Assembly: GCF_009914755.1 (NCBI RefSeq)
Contig: NC_060936.1
Reading direction: 5' to 3' (one strand)
Source of the DNA: the human T2T-CHM13v2.0 reference genome, Homo sapiens
Length of the DNA stretch: 64,000 bases
Each line of letters opens with the position of its first letter. Position 1 is the first letter of the stretch. The position numbers and the translations under genes are program-made. Positions 40,208 through 54,397 of this stretch are shown here, one piece after another. Below the pieces are notes generated by a model, which saw nothing but the letters and a program-made list of their open reading frames with translations, was not told the DNA's origin and did no database searches.

Positions 40208-42619
40208 AAAAGTGAGATATAATACACTAAATTTGTTTTATTGCACAGGGGAAGATTCCGTGATTATTTTCTGACACTCTTACTTTTACTTGTATGATCC
40301 ATATAATAATTACCTAGTGATAATATCTGAAATAGGAACTAATATTAGTATTATCTGTAGGTCTATGCCTATGTGTATGCATAAACACTTCTAAATATGC
40401 TGTAAATATATTCTTCTCATTCTCTAGCGATAGATAGATGGATAGTAACAGAGGCCGAATCACACATTGTAATGTAAAGTAGTTTCTTCTAATCTGAATT
40501 GACAGGTAATCTAATAGTTGTTTATAAAAATGGGTTATACAATTACTTGTGCATGGATTGTGATTTAAGATTTCAGGGCCTTTAATTCTTTAAGTCCAGC
40601 ACTATGTTTTATCTCCCTTTCATATTTTCTTATTGTTGAGTAGATAATAGAAAATAAATAATTTTGGAATTAAATAGATGCTAAGTGAACATAAACAAAT
40701 ACATAAATAAACAGAAATCACAACTATTAATTTCATGGATCTAATGATCAAAAGCTAGTCAAATTTCAAACAATAAAATTTTTTGACAAAACAATGAAGA
40801 CAACCAAGAATTACGGTGCACATTTTGTAATTCTTTTGCCAGGGAGTATGACTTGTTCCTTAAATAATTGATTAGCAATGTCAGCAAGTGATGAGATGAG
40901 ATATTTGCCGTTTTATAAATTTTGTGAGTTGAAATTATATGCAAAGTCCTGAGAATTTAAAGATATATTTGAAATTTAAAAAATCATAATCAGTTCAACA
41001 CACAGATTCTTGTTGAAGTCAGAACTCTGCATGTTGTACAACATTATCACCAAAGAAAGTCAGAAGCCCATATGTAAAATTTACATTTGTGAATATCCAA
41101 GTACATATAATACACAGATTTTGATGGTTCTTTTTTCTAGTCATATTTCAAGTATTATTTCTGAAACTGTATTTCTCTATTTAACCTAAAAATTGATTTA
41201 AATCATAGAAGATGGGAAAAATGTTCTGTCCCTCATTTCTGCTCCTCTATTGGAGCTAATCGCTCTCTTATATTTGAAAGTATAAGTTACATATATATGC
41301 AGTGTGAAAAATTATGCCTTTTTTTCAAAGAAGCTATGAAACTAGAAAATAAACAGAATATAGAGTGTTCTTTAATTGGTCTAATACACTGTGTACCGAT
41401 ACCTTTGAGGGACTATTTCATTCTTTATATAAAAATTAATATTATGAATCTCCAGGTATAAATACAAAGATCTCTAAGCATTCTCAGATAAGGGAGCTAC
41501 TCCCTTCTCATTTTATCAAGTGATTGACCTACATCCATGTGGAGAGAGTGATAACCATAAAATGTCTGATCAGCATGAACAGTGATGAGAAAGTGTGTGA
41601 TTAATGAGAGTGATCAGTAAGGTAGATATTTCTGAAGGTAAGAAGTAAAGTTCACTAATAAACCTGGTGTTTTAAATTCCTGAAAACTATGAGAAGATGC
41701 ATGTGATGTCACTCTTGAACTATTGGCAAATTTCAAATGTTTAGTAGTCTTAAACAATGCTTGATTATAAAGCAAGGATTATAAAGCAAGCAAGTGCCCA
41801 CTTTTTGTTTTTACAGAAATCTCTAACTGGTTTGGTATACTGAAGGACTTTGATGGCCTGGGAGGAAATAATAGAATTCCAAAATTTTCAAGTACAAGGC
41901 CTTTCAAATTTATTAAAATGTAAGCTCTCACTAAACTCAGTTACACTAACAACAATTACTAGTATTTTACTTGAATACTGGCTCATCATAAATCACTTCA
42001 TGAGGAAATCTGTTATAGCATAGGACAGCATTTATGGTTAGAAAAAGTTCATTTGATTTTATCCAAATATAAATTAATAGTAAATATAAATAATAGATAA
42101 TAGATCAATAATTAAAGTGTTAGTGTGTATATGCACATGTATGCTTATGTTTAAGTGTAATTGCCATCTATCTGTAATTTTTTCTGCCTAAAATAACTTA
42201 TAATAAATCACTCTGACATTTTGGCATTTTAGTCAGTTTAGTCAAGATAGCTATCATGCTATCTGTAATATTTTTCTGTGCTGCTTGAAATGTTGATCTC
42301 GATACGCGACGATGGAAACTCTCACCACAGACACAAGCAACATATATGTTTCTAAATCCGAAAGAAACTTCCACTGTCTGTACAGAGCTCCACCAGGGCA
42401 AAACGTTGGAAGCTTTTTATCTTCAGTTTCATCACTTCTCAATTTCCTTTTATAAACAGTCTAATTCATTACTCATGAAATGTTTGTTTGTTCTCTAAAT
42501 GTTCAACTGTCTTTTGAGGCTCCACATTTTTTCCTGCTTCTCTTTCTGCCTGGAAAATTCTACCCAACCATTTTTTGTCCTCCTCTCTCCTATTTCAACC
42601 ATTAAAGCTATCCTAGGGT

Positions 42620-44497
42620 ACAAACAAAAAAATCACTTAGGTATAAATCTAAAAAAATATATATACAAGAGCTACATGAAGAAAACTGCAAAACTCTCAT
42701 AAAATTATAAAAGAAGAACTAAATAAATTAAGAGATATTCCATGTTCATAGAGCGAAAGATTCAATATTGCTGAGATGTGAGTTTCTCCCAACTTGATCA
42801 ATAGGTTGAATGTAATATCAAAATACCAGCAAATTGTTTTGTGTATATCGACAGACCATTTCTAATTTCATATGGAGAGGCAAAAGACCCAGAATAGCTA
42901 ACATAATGTTGAAGGAGAACAAAATTGGAAGACTGGCATGACCTGATGTCAAGATCTGCTACAAAGCTGCACATTGAAGACAACATGATACTGATGAAGG
43001 AATAGATAAATAAGAGTAATGGAACACAACAGAGAGCCCAGGAATAGACCTACATAAACATAGTCAATTAATCTTTGAGAAAAGAGCAAAGAGAGTACCA
43101 TGGAGGACAGTTAATTCTTTCAACAAATTGTGCTGGCTCAACTGGACATCTACATGCTAAAAATGAAGCTAGACACAGACCTTATACTGTTCACAAAAAT
43201 TTGCTCAAAATGGGTCATAGACATAAGTGTAAAATGCATACTATAAAACTAGAAGACAGCATGAAAGAAAACATAGATGATCTTGGGTATGGATGACTTT
43301 TTAGATTCAAAACAGAGCCACAGTCCATAAAGGAAAACAATGATATGTTGGTCTTCATTAAAATTAAAAATGTCTGCTTTGTGACAACGTCAGAGAATAA
43401 GAAGACAAGCCACAGATTGGGAGTAAATATTTGCAAAAGATACACCTAATAAATGATTTCTATCCAAAATATACAAAGAATTCTTAAAACTAGACAATAG
43501 AAAAAACAACAGATTAAAAAATTGACCAAGAATCTTGACAATTCACCAAAGAGGATATATGGATGGCAAGTAAGCATATGAAAAGACAGTCCACATCATT
43601 TGTCATTAGAGAAATGTATATCAAAACAACCTATTAAAATTGCCAAAATACAGGAAATGGACATCACCAAATGCGGGTGAAAATGTGGAGTAACAGGAAG
43701 ATTTATTCATTGCCAGATTGCTAGTGATAATGCAAAGTGGTACCGCCATTATGGAAGACAGTTTGGCAATTTATTACAAAATTAAACATGTTCTTGCCAT
43801 ATGATCCAGCAAACATGCTACTCGGTATTTACTCAAAGGAGTTGAAAACACCCACACAAAACCTTTACATGAATGTTTACAGAGGGTTTAATTATAATTG
43901 CTAAAATGTAGAAGTAACCAAGATATCCTTCAGCAGATAAATGGATAATCTGTGGTATATCTGGACAATAAAATACTATTTAGTGCTAAAAAGAAATGAG
44001 CTATCAAGCCATGAAAAGACGTGGAGGAAATGTAAATGCACATTACTAAATGAAAGAAACCAATCTGAAGATGCTGAAAATACTGTATGATTCCAATGAT
44101 ATATCATGCTGGAAAAGGCAAAACTATGAACACAGTAAAAAGATCAATCATTGCCAGAGGTTAGGAGAAACAGTGATGAATATGTAAAGCACAGAGAATT
44201 TTTGAAATAGTGAAAATACTCTGTGTAATACTATAATTGTAGATAAATGTTGTTATACATTAGTCCAAACCCATAGAATGTAAATACCATGAATGAACTA
44301 TAATGTAAACTATGCACTAAAGGGGATTATGATGTGTCAGTGTCAATTTTAAGCAATGTACAACTCTAGTGGAAGATGTTGATCAAAGTGGAGGGTATAA
44401 ATGTGTGGGGGCAAGGGGCATTTGGAAAATCTCTGTGCCTTCTCAATTTTGCTGTGAACCTGAAACTGCTCTAGGAAAAGTAAGTATCTCAAAAAAA
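42620..44497 (+). mobile_element. L1MC1-like element (ORF2 3' part and 3' UTR) inserted in an L2
   Basis: ORF2 motifs AGATATTCCATGTTCATAG and CCATATGATCCAGCAA; 3' end CAATTTTGCTGTGAACCTGAAACTGCTCTA plus A-tail. Confidence 0.88.
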
Positions 44498-45214
44498 TTC
44501 TAGGAATTTGGCCTACTCTGAGAACCCTTCCTTAAAACCTCCTATGTTAAATGTATTGCCCTTTTACATGCTTCAATATGCACATTTTTGAAAATCTCTG
44601 AAACTTAAAGAGAGATTTCTGTAAATGTTTGCTGGAGAGGGCATGCCATATATATCTAGGCTTCATTGGCAGTGATAAAAAGAATGCTTCAAAACTGAGT
44701 CATCAACATTCAGGAAGGCAGATACTCTGTAATACATGTACTGGTTTGCAATCAATGACTGCTCTCCTATAAGTACCTCTGTAGTATGCACCAGGAAGAG
44801 CAGTTGGAGGACTGTTAGTTTTTATTTGTTTCAGAGTTTTTACAGAGGCTCTTGACCAGTCCTGAATAGAGTGCTGTGAATCCAAACACACAGAATGTTT
44901 ACTTTGCAGCTGAAAACATTCATTTAAAGAACTTTCTCTTTTATTACTAATTAGAATCAGTCCTGGTCTTAATTTATTTTATCTATTGCTCTCCAATTTA
45001 ATTGTATTGATACTCTTAAATAGAGATGGGGACTTATTATAGAATCAGTATTTTTTCTATACTTTAAAAAATACATTCCCTCAGCTAGATAATTTGAAAA
45101 CTTCAATAAAATGGTTGAATCTCTTGAAATCTCAACTTAAAAAAAGATAAAAAAGATATGAAAAATTTGAATATTCGTATACCTTTTAAGGGAATATTTC
45201 AAATTAATTTTTAA

Positions 45215-45219
<5 letters not shown>

Positions 45220-45259
<40 letters not shown>
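45220..45259. repeat. (TA)n microsatellite
   Basis: 20 perfect TA units. Confidence 0.97.
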
Positions 45260-45260
<1 letters not shown>

Positions 45261-45361
45261 CCGTACAGATTTATATATGTGTGTATATGTATGTATATAT
45301 TTGAGATTCAAATATAATAAGCATAAGCAATGTAGATGGGCTTGATACTTTCAACAAATAT

Positions 45362-46392
45362 GTTTTGGAGGGTATGATTTACAAATAAATAATTATATAT
45401 AAGATGTTCAACATAACGTGTTTATATAAGTATACCTTGAGTAATGATTTCCACAATCAAGCTAATTGACCTATTCATCATCTGACATAGCTACCATTTG
45501 TTTGGTGTGTGTGGTGAGAACACTTAAGATCTTTTCCACTGGCAAAGTTTAAGTAAACAATATAGTGTCATAAACTATAGTTACCATTCTGTATATTAGA
45601 TCTCTTGAACGTATTCACCTATAAATGAAAATTTGTTCCCTTTGACCAACATCACCCCATTTCTCCCATCCTCCAGCTCCTGGCAACCACCATTCTACTC
45701 TCTGTTTCTCTAGGTTTGACTATTTTAGATTTTGCATACAAGTGATATAGTGTTTTTCTTTCTGTGTTTGGCTTATTTCACTTAGCATTATGTCTCCAAT
45801 TTCATCCATGTTGTAGTACATTACAGGATTTCCTTTCTTTAGGACTGAATATATTTCATCATGTGTGTGTGTATGTGTGTGTCATGATTCACCCACAAAT
45901 AGACACTTAGGTTGTTTTCATATTTTGGATAGTGTGAATAATGCCACGATGAACACAGAAATGCAGGTATCTCTTCGAAATACAAATGTTATTTCCTTTG
46001 GATATATATCCAGAAGTGGAATTGCTAGATCATACGGTAATTCTAGTTTTAATTTTTTGAGGAACCTACATACTGTGTTTCCTAATGGCTGTATCAATTT
46101 ACATTCCTGTCAGCAATGTGTGAGAGTTGCCTTTTTTGCACATTCTTGCCAAAATTTATCTCTTGTCTTTTTGAGGATAGACAATCTAACAAGTGTGAGG
46201 TATCTCAATATAATTTTAATGTGCATTTCTCTGATTATCAGTGATGTTGAGCACTATATATACTTGGCTATTAGTATGTCTTCTTTGGAAAAAATGTCTA
46301 TTCAAGTTTTTTGCCCATTTTTAAACAGGTTATTTTTTTTCTGCCATTCAGTTTGATCTAGTTCCACTTTTTTATTTTTTGCTCTTGTTAGC
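45362..46392 (-). mobile_element. L1MA8/9-like 3' end
   Basis: CACAATCAAGCTAATT, GTGGTGAGAACACTTAAGATC and CCTGGCAACCACCATTCTACTCTCTG. Confidence 0.88.
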
Positions 46393-46399
46393 TGTTAAA

Positions 46400-47335
46400 T
46401 TAAATAAAAAATCCCAGGTCTAATATTGTCACTGTTGAAATATTTCAAACATTTAAGGAAAAGATATAAATAAATCAAATTATTCATGTAAATAATATAT
46501 AGTATATTTCAACAAATCAATAAAAAAGAAAGACCATTAAAATGGGCAAAAAGATTTAAAAATTACTTTATAATTACAGATATCAAATTGCCCAATAAAC
46601 ATTAAAAATATTTGATATCATTATTCATCTGAGAAATATACATGAATATTACAATTAGATACCATCACCCACCATGACTAAAATTTAAAAAATGAGCAAT
46701 CTTACGTGTTAGTATTTGAACTGAAACTCTCACATACTGTGAGAATAAATTAGCATAAATACTTTGAAAAATATTTTGGGAGTATTTACCAACAGTGAAT
46801 ATTCTCATACTTATGACTCAGCAATTCCTCTTCTAAGTCTTTAACCAATGAAATTATGTACAAATATTTGCCAAAAGATATGTGACAAAAATATTGATTC
46901 CAACACTGTAATTGCTCCAAACAACAAACAAACTATAGTTCATCACCTGCAAGTTAGATATATCAATTATGTCATATTCATTCAATGGAATACTATGTCA
47001 CAATGAGAACGTACAAACTATAGCTACACACATCAACACAAACACAGTATTATATGAAAAGACAAAACTGGTATATAACATATGCTTTCATTTATGTAAA
47101 ATTGAAACGTAGGCAAAAATAATTCTCGTTTATTAGTGTGGTTAGCCTTCTAGGAAAATGGTGACTTGAAGGGATTTCAAAGGCAGTTTCCAGAGTGCAG
47201 ATAATGTTTTTCATTTTTGATTTTGATGTCGTATATATTGGTGCATTATCTTTGTGACAATTTACCGAATTGTACACTCATGATTTATGTTCTTTTATGT
47301 GGATATAACATACTTTCATCAAGTGTTTGTTTAAA
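46400..47335 (+). mobile_element. L1ME-type 3' region
   Basis: AAAATGGGCAAAAGAT, TATGACTCAGCAATTCC and AATGGAATACTAT. Confidence 0.7.
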
Positions 47336-48020
47336 ACACATACACACACATACACACGTATGCCTATATTCACTATTTCTTATTCAGTTTTTCTACCACT
47401 TTACATTCCACACCCCAAGACTCTGCCATTCAATCTTATTTCTCCCTAGATTTCAGATAAGCAATTCTGAAAGCCAAGACAGGACTCACAGCATTGGACA
47501 GAGGATGATTATCTTATTTCTGAATTAATAGATCGCTACCTTTAATAGATACAGGAAGGTGTATTTTAGTTGAGCCCAGTAATTCGTGGGGCCATTTTTT
47601 GTTGCAACTCAAATACAACCAACTTATGTCATATATGCTTAATTATGTGCTAGTATAATTCTCATTTCATCTTACAGCGCAAGGAGGGTAAAAATAATTT
47701 ATTATTTCCACTAAGATCTCCTTTTGTTTGGATCCATTGGAAACTTTTAAATGGACAATTCTATAAAGGTATTTCTTGTCTTCAAAGTGGTCTACTCAAA
47801 TAATTTATAAAGTTGGAGTCCAAGGATAATTTAGTAAATTAAATAGGTAATATGGGAAATATTTTACCTTTCACTTTCCCATTTCAGATACAGACATTTG
47901 TCTTTGTTGCTGAAAAATCACAAGACTGAATAATTTTAGAGATACTTCATTTCATTGTGTAGTTTAAAAAATGTTAATTTTAAATAGTCTGAGATTTGAC
48001 AGAACAAGGAACATGATGAG

Positions 48021-48572
48021 TGCATTAACTATCTATTATTGCCTAAAAAGGTAACTCTAAATTTAGTAGCATAGAACATCAACATTTATCTTAGAGTTAT
48101 GTGGGTTAGAAATTCAGACCAGACTTAACTGGGTCCTCTGGCTCAGAGTATCTCACAGAACTACAGTTAAGGTTTGTAGTGGGGTTGGAAGTGGGGCTGC
48201 AGTTATCTCCAGGCTGAACTGGAGAAGAATTTGCTTCCAAGTGCACATAGTGATCTTTAGGTTATCACTCGCTGTTGCAGAAGGCCACTGTAACTTCCTT
48301 GCCACAAGGCATCTCTATACCTCACAATCTGGGGGTTTGCTTCATCAGAATGAAAAAAAGAGAAGAGCAAGAAAGAGGGAATGCAAATAAGATGTATGTC
48401 ACAATCTTTTATAACCCAATCTTAGAAGCAACATCCCATGATTATTTATCTATTATATTTGTTAGAAACAAGTAACAAGTTCAGCCCACATAGAAGGCTA
48501 GGAAACTGCACTAGAATTTGAATACCAGGAGGTAGGGATCATTGGGAACTAATTTAGAAGCTGACTATGGCA
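48021..48572 (-). mobile_element. MLT1F-like LTR
   Basis: GACTTAACTGGGTCCTCTGGCTCAG...GAATACCAGGAGGTAGGGATCATTGGG. Confidence 0.8.
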
Positions 48573-50586
48573 ACTGGACAATTAAAAATAATAATAATCT
48601 TTAAAAAGCACCAAAAAATGGCACTGACATCATTGCAAATTAATTAGAAATATGATCTAAAATAAGTCAAAATTATGAAACAAAATGCAGTTTCCAGTCT
48701 GGTAAGTGCAACAAACTGTTTGCTAGGATTTTTAGATTGTTATTGAAAGATTACTTAAAATTTATTTCTCTATCTAGTGACAATTTTGCCATTTTTAAAT
48801 CTTTTTATTGTGAAATGTTTTTATATTTTTCTACATAGAGTCTTCTAATAAAGACAATTAATTTATACTATCCATAAGACAACATCGTGCTTTGTAAACA
48901 CAAGTGGCATTTTGTGAAGATTATAGATAGTCAGATTTTCTTTACCATCTTTAGATTTTAATCTTGCATGAGAGTTTTCGGAGAGGAGTGAAAAGTTTGT
49001 ATTAGTATGGAAAAACAGTTTAGCTGGGGGTTAATTTACAGAAATTTGGTACGAATATACTTAAAATTTTACAATATAATCTGACATGCTTAGACCAAAG
49101 GGCAATTTTGAAATTTCTTCTAACTAAAAATAATTTAGAATGAGTGTGTTTTTGTGCATTTTAGCCCTATGTAGCCACTTTCCATGTTGATTTTCTAAAT
49201 ATTAGATAATATGTAGCATATTATGTATGACCTAATGATGTGCTAAAGTAGCATTTCTAACAAAGAAAATTATATAAAAAGAATTCACTAAAACTGGGCA
49301 GCAATAGCTTACAAGGTTATAAATCACTAAGCAAATTCTCACAACATAGCCATTCCACTTAAATGAATAAATTTCAATGCATAAAACTAAGAAAGTAGAT
49401 CAAGACGATAATACAACTTTCAGTTGTATATTTTTGTTTTAGGTTTTAAGTTTACTAACTTTAGAAGCAAACTGAAAGAAGTCAAAATTAAATTTTCAAA
49501 ATGAAACTCTGAAATGTCTCTTTTGCCCGACTCTTAATATTTATGAAGAAGAACATGGTCCAGAAGATTTAAATGCCTGTAATCATTTTATGTTTAAAAT
49601 AAGGATCTATTAATTAAGATCTATAACAAGAGTCTATCCAGTCAGGATATAGACTCAAACATATATAGAACAGAACACTTGGAGCTCAAAGGCAATAAAC
49701 GGATAATTGGTATAACATATTCATGATTATTATGTTACAGGAGAAAACCAAACTATAGAATCACAGATATGTATTTTTCAACAAATGTCAATATGCTAGG
49801 TAGTATTCTGTGTATTAGAAGTATAGCATTATAGGCATATTTATTTCATGAAGATTAACTTTTAGTATATTGTTATGGTAAAAATAATATACATGCAGAT
49901 AAATATGTGTAATAAACACTTTAATCAGAGTGCTATCAAAGTCATTACACTTAATGAGAACTATTCTGTGAGATAAAGTTATAAAACAGCATTACTCTTC
50001 TTACAATGCTGTGTTTCAACAGTACTATTCTGAATTTCTCTTTTCTGCCCCAAACAATAATATAGGCAGATGGCATAGATTTCCAATTCCGTTTCAGGTA
50101 TTGGATTCATTCTCAATTATTAAAATGTCTGTCCCATTCTAAATTAAAATGTTCACCTCTCATTTATTTAAGAGCATCTCTCCCTCACGTCAAAATCAGG
50201 CTTAAAAAATTACTGTAAATAAAGAGTATGTGGTCGATCTAACCATTTTCTACCTTATTATTTCATAATTTCTCTTAACCATTCTGGTACCTCTGACTCC
50301 TTTCAGATTGAAGATAGAGGGGAAGAAAATGAGTAAGAGACAGGTAGACAGGATCTTGTTTCAGAGCACTATTATAATCTGGAATAGGTACTTTCTCTAT
50401 GACAGATGTGATTGCTTATCAGAGTGATCAAATCTCAAAAAACTCTGTTAGGAGGTAGCATCGAAAAACAGCCCTAAAACTCAGAGTAATTACCAATATC
50501 TTTATGTACTACTCATTAAAAAGTCATTTTCAAATAATGCATATACCTAAAATTGTAATGCTGGATAATTTTTACTTTTATTTTTT

Positions 50587-50700
50587 AGACTAGTGACGTG
50601 TAGCAGTTTAGAAGTGGGGAAAGAGTAGATCGAACAAGCAGTTCAATTTGTAACTGACTGTGAACAGTCAATTGAGATAACTCACTACCTTTGGACCAGC
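50587..50700 (-). pseudogene. RNY1P: Retroposed Y1 RNA pseudogene (RNY1-derived; locus number unknown)
   Basis: Reverse complement GCTGGTCCAAAGGTAGTGAGTTATCTCAATTGACTGTTCACAGTCAGTTACA...CTAGTCT matches hY1; A-rich tail at 50573-50586; 17-bp TSD TAATGCTG(G/A)ATAATTTT (50556-50572 / 50701-50717). Confidence 0.95.
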
Positions 50701-51272
50701 TAATGCTGAATAATTTTAACAACCAATCTTTTATTTCAAGGTGAATCCAACAGCCAGAAATGCTTGACCAATGTCCACTTTTGTTCTATGGCCCATTCAT
50801 CCAATACATTGGTAATCATGGTGAGACTGAATTAACACTCTTGGCTCAATATTAAAGGTAGTGATTAGTTCAACATATTGGTAAACAGTGTGTGAGAATT
50901 CAAACTAATTGTAGAAAATATCCTAAAATTCAACAAAGATATTCTCAAATCTTTCATCTTTCAGCATGTCACCCGTTTTTCTAACACAAAAATAAAAGCT
51001 CAAGCTCCCATCCAACAAGAATGTAGCACTTCCATTCCTTTATTAGAATTTCTATCCAAAGTACTTTTTTTCATTTTCTCTCTATTTTGCTTTCTTTTCT
51101 TTTGTGTTTAAGAGTTATAAGAGAAAGCTTACATGATGCTTTACTATCATAAAGAAATTTTTCAAGCTTTCAGTCAACTTTGAAATCACATTATCTGAAA
51201 ACTTAGATGCATCACATCAGAAGTGCAATGAGAAATTCCTAAAATAAAACATGATATTGTTCCCCCAGAGTA

Positions 51273-51323
51273 GTTAATCTAGGTCTTGGTTAATCTAGGT
51301 CTTGGTTAATCTAGGTCTTGGTT
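51273..51323. repeat. Perfect 16-bp tandem repeat, 3.2 copies
   Basis: (GTTAATCTAGGTCTTG)x3 plus GTT. Confidence 0.97.
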
Positions 51324-52039
51324 TTCCTCATTGAGTCCCTTGCCAATCTCTCCCCCTGGCTGATAAAATGTGTAAAGGATTCAATCATTCACCCAGTTTC
51401 CTCCCAAGGAAAACCAGTGATTCCTCCCAAGCAAAACCAATGATTAACATCATCACCCAAAAGTCAGGTATTTCATCTTTTCCAGGGCTCAAAGAGATGG
51501 GAAAAATAAGTTTTACCTTCTCTTTTCAGAATGGTACATTCAGGGCTACATTTCAGAAAGACAAGTTTTTACATCACTATTCCAGAACATTTAGCCCCTC
51601 ATTGTCTTATTACCTCTCTTCTCCTGATTAGAATTTTGGCATTAACTTCACACAATTCATTGGCCCATTAAAACATCATCCTATTTGGAAATAATTCAAA
51701 AATGCTCAAGAGGCTAGAAATAGTATTTTCTATTGAAAGAGTTTTTTTCTATGAAAATAATTTCCTAATAAAATAATGATAATGTTATTTTCAAAATATC
51801 ATTGAATCTAACCATTTTATTAATTCTGAATAGCCTCACAATAGAACAAGCAACTGTGTGTGTGTATGCCTGTGTTTTCATGCATGGTCTCCTGTAATCA
51901 CATTTTATCTGGCTTCTATTCTGCACCTTTTTATTTTTACATAGTTTTCAGTGCAAAATGTTAGAATTAGAAGTCAGATCCTGAAAATTGCATATAATTT
52001 TGCAGTTGCCCTAATTCTCTCTGTCTCAGGTTTTAATAT

Positions 52040-54060
52040 TAAATATAAAATTGTAGGTTAATTATAGATGTTCTTTATCAGATTGAGGAAAATTACCTTC
52101 TGTTGCTAGCTTGTTGAGAATTTCCATCATGAATGGGTGGTGAATGTTGTTAAATATGTTTTCTGCATCTATTGTAGGAAAGAGATGGATCTGATATGTA
52201 TTCTATTATTGTCAGGATAATAATGGCTATATAAAATTAGTTGGGAATTGTTTCCCCATTCTCTATTATCTCAAATATTTTGTGTATGATTAGTATTAAT
52301 TCTTTATTAGATGTTTTATAGAATTTATCAGTTCAGCCATCTGTGCCTGGACTTTTCTTTGTGGGCAGATTTTTAATTAAAAATTACTTTATCTACTCAA
52401 AATTGTTGTATTCAGATTTTTATATTTTCTTGAGTGAGCTTGGATAATTTATGTTTATTCTCATAAATTTTTCATTGAATCTAAGTCTTCAAATTATTAG
52501 CAAATTTATACCATTATTATATTTATTTTAATTTATATTTAGTCTGTTAGTCTGCAGTAATAGTCCTTCTTTCCTTCATGATGATAGACGTTTCTACCTT
52601 CTTTATTTTTCTTGTTCAGCATAGCTAAAGGTCTATATACATTGTAGGTCTTAGCAAAAATGAAATTTTGGTTTCATTGATTTTTTTCTATTATTTTCTG
52701 TTTCATATTTTAATAAGTTCTGGTCTGATTTCTATAATTTCTTTCCTTCTGATAATATGGACTTGAATTGCATTTTCTTTCTTAAAGTAGGGCATTTGAC
52801 TGTTGATTTTAGATCTTTCTTTCTAGTAGATATTTAACCAAATAAATTTCCCACTAGGCACTGCTTTATCTGCATCCTATAAATTTTAATATGCTGTGTT
52901 TTCTTTTAAGTCCAGTATGTTTTCTAATTTTTCTTTTAATTTCCTCTTTTAACTATGGATTATTTAAGTCACATTGTTTAACATCCTAATATTTGTTGCT
53001 TTTTCAGTTTTCTTTTAGTTGTTGAATTTACATTTCATTCTGTATTTAGAAAACCTACTGCATACAATTAATTAAAACTCATTAAATTTATTAAAACTTG
53101 CTTTTTGGCCCAGCACATTGTCTATACTGGAAAATGTTCAATATGCACTTAAAATAAAATTGTGTTCTACTCTTACTGGTTAGAGTGCTATAGATATGTC
53201 AGCTGGTTAAAGTTGTTTGATAATGTTCCAACTTTCTACATTTTTATTGATATTCTGTCTAGTTTTTCTATCAGTTGCAAAAAAAGAGTGTTAAAATCTA
53301 TCAATATAATTTTTAATGGACTATTCTTTCTTTCAAATTTCTTCTTTACTTCCATGCATTGTGGGACTTTGTTGTGTGCATCTGCATTTATAATATGATA
53401 GCTTTCATTTTCTTGATGTTTTTATCATTATTAGCATTCCTCTTTGTTCTAGTCAGTTTTAGTCATATTCCTTTTTTTTAAAACTTATTCTTATATTAAT
53501 ACAGCCACTCCAGTTCTCTTATAGTATTTGTACAGTTTAAACCTTTACCATCCTTTTACTTTCAATCTATTTTTTTCAATCTAAAGAGTGTCTCTCATAA
53601 ACAATATATAGTTGAATCAAACTTTCTACTCAATCTGAAGATCTCTGCCTTTCAATTGGAATGTTTAGTTAATTAATATATATTTAATTATACAGTTAGA
53701 ATTATATTGGCGACTGTGTTACTTGTTTTTCATATAATTATGTGTGTATTTCTCTGTGCTCGTTTTACTGTACTGTTCTGTTAAATGAATGTTTGTTTTT
53801 ATAGGTTTTTAGTTATTCTGTTAATTGTTTAGCTATATTGTTCCCCTGAGGTTAAGGATGAAAGTATCTATTCCTATTTGTAATTATCTGCTTTGAGTTA
53901 GTATCAGTTTAATTCTGGTAAAAGACAGTGACTTTGAAACACTAGAACTTTATTTTCTTCCCCTTCCATTTTGCTAGATTTTTATATATTATGTAAAAAA
54001 GTTAGCAAACTAAAAATACTATAATTATTGTTTAAAAAACTTATGACTTTTAAATATATT
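52040..54060 (-). mobile_element. Old L1M ORF2, antisense
   Basis: TCATGAATGGGTGGTGAAT...TTTTCTGCATCTATTG; GCCATCTGTGCCTGGACTTTTCTTTGTGGG; CAGCCACTCCAG. Confidence 0.8.
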
Positions 54061-54239
54061 AAGACTTTTTTCTTTTAGTTTAAATTTACCTTGGACTTTG
54101 CCTTGAATATTTTATGTACACTCTAATGCTGTACATTTTTCAGATATTAAATCTGCCCTTAATCAAATAATTGTTCCCCATATAATTTATTTTTGTATTT
54201 CTGATTTCAAATGTTCTCTTTGTTTTGTTTCTATTATTA

Positions 54240-54397
54240 ATTAATTAATTTATTCATTTGTAGGGACCATTACCCAGGCTGGAGTGTAGTGGTACAATCA
54301 GAGCTCACTGCAGTGGTGAACTCCTGGGCTCAAACAATCCTCTCACCTGAGCGTCAAAAAGTGCTGACATTATAAGTATGAGTCACTGCACCCAGAC
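54240..54397 (-). mobile_element. Alu monomer (FAM/FRAM-like or internally recombined AluJ)
   Basis: CCCAGGCTGGAGTGTAGTGG...CTCCTGGGCTCAAACAATCC...AAAGTGCTG in a single ~150-bp arm. Confidence 0.75.

Noticed and set aside
45865-46356. 163-aa ORF, the longest in the window
   Set aside because: Antisense reading of an L1MA ORF2/3' region, starting in a GT repeat.
51273-51323. CRISPR-like array (also considered at 16022, 38976 and 56730)
   Set aside because: Repeats are head-to-tail without unique spacers, there are no cas genes, and the DNA is primate.
50230-51700. Possible old LTR-element internal sequence around the Y RNA copy
   Set aside because: No diagnostic motif or terminus could be identified.
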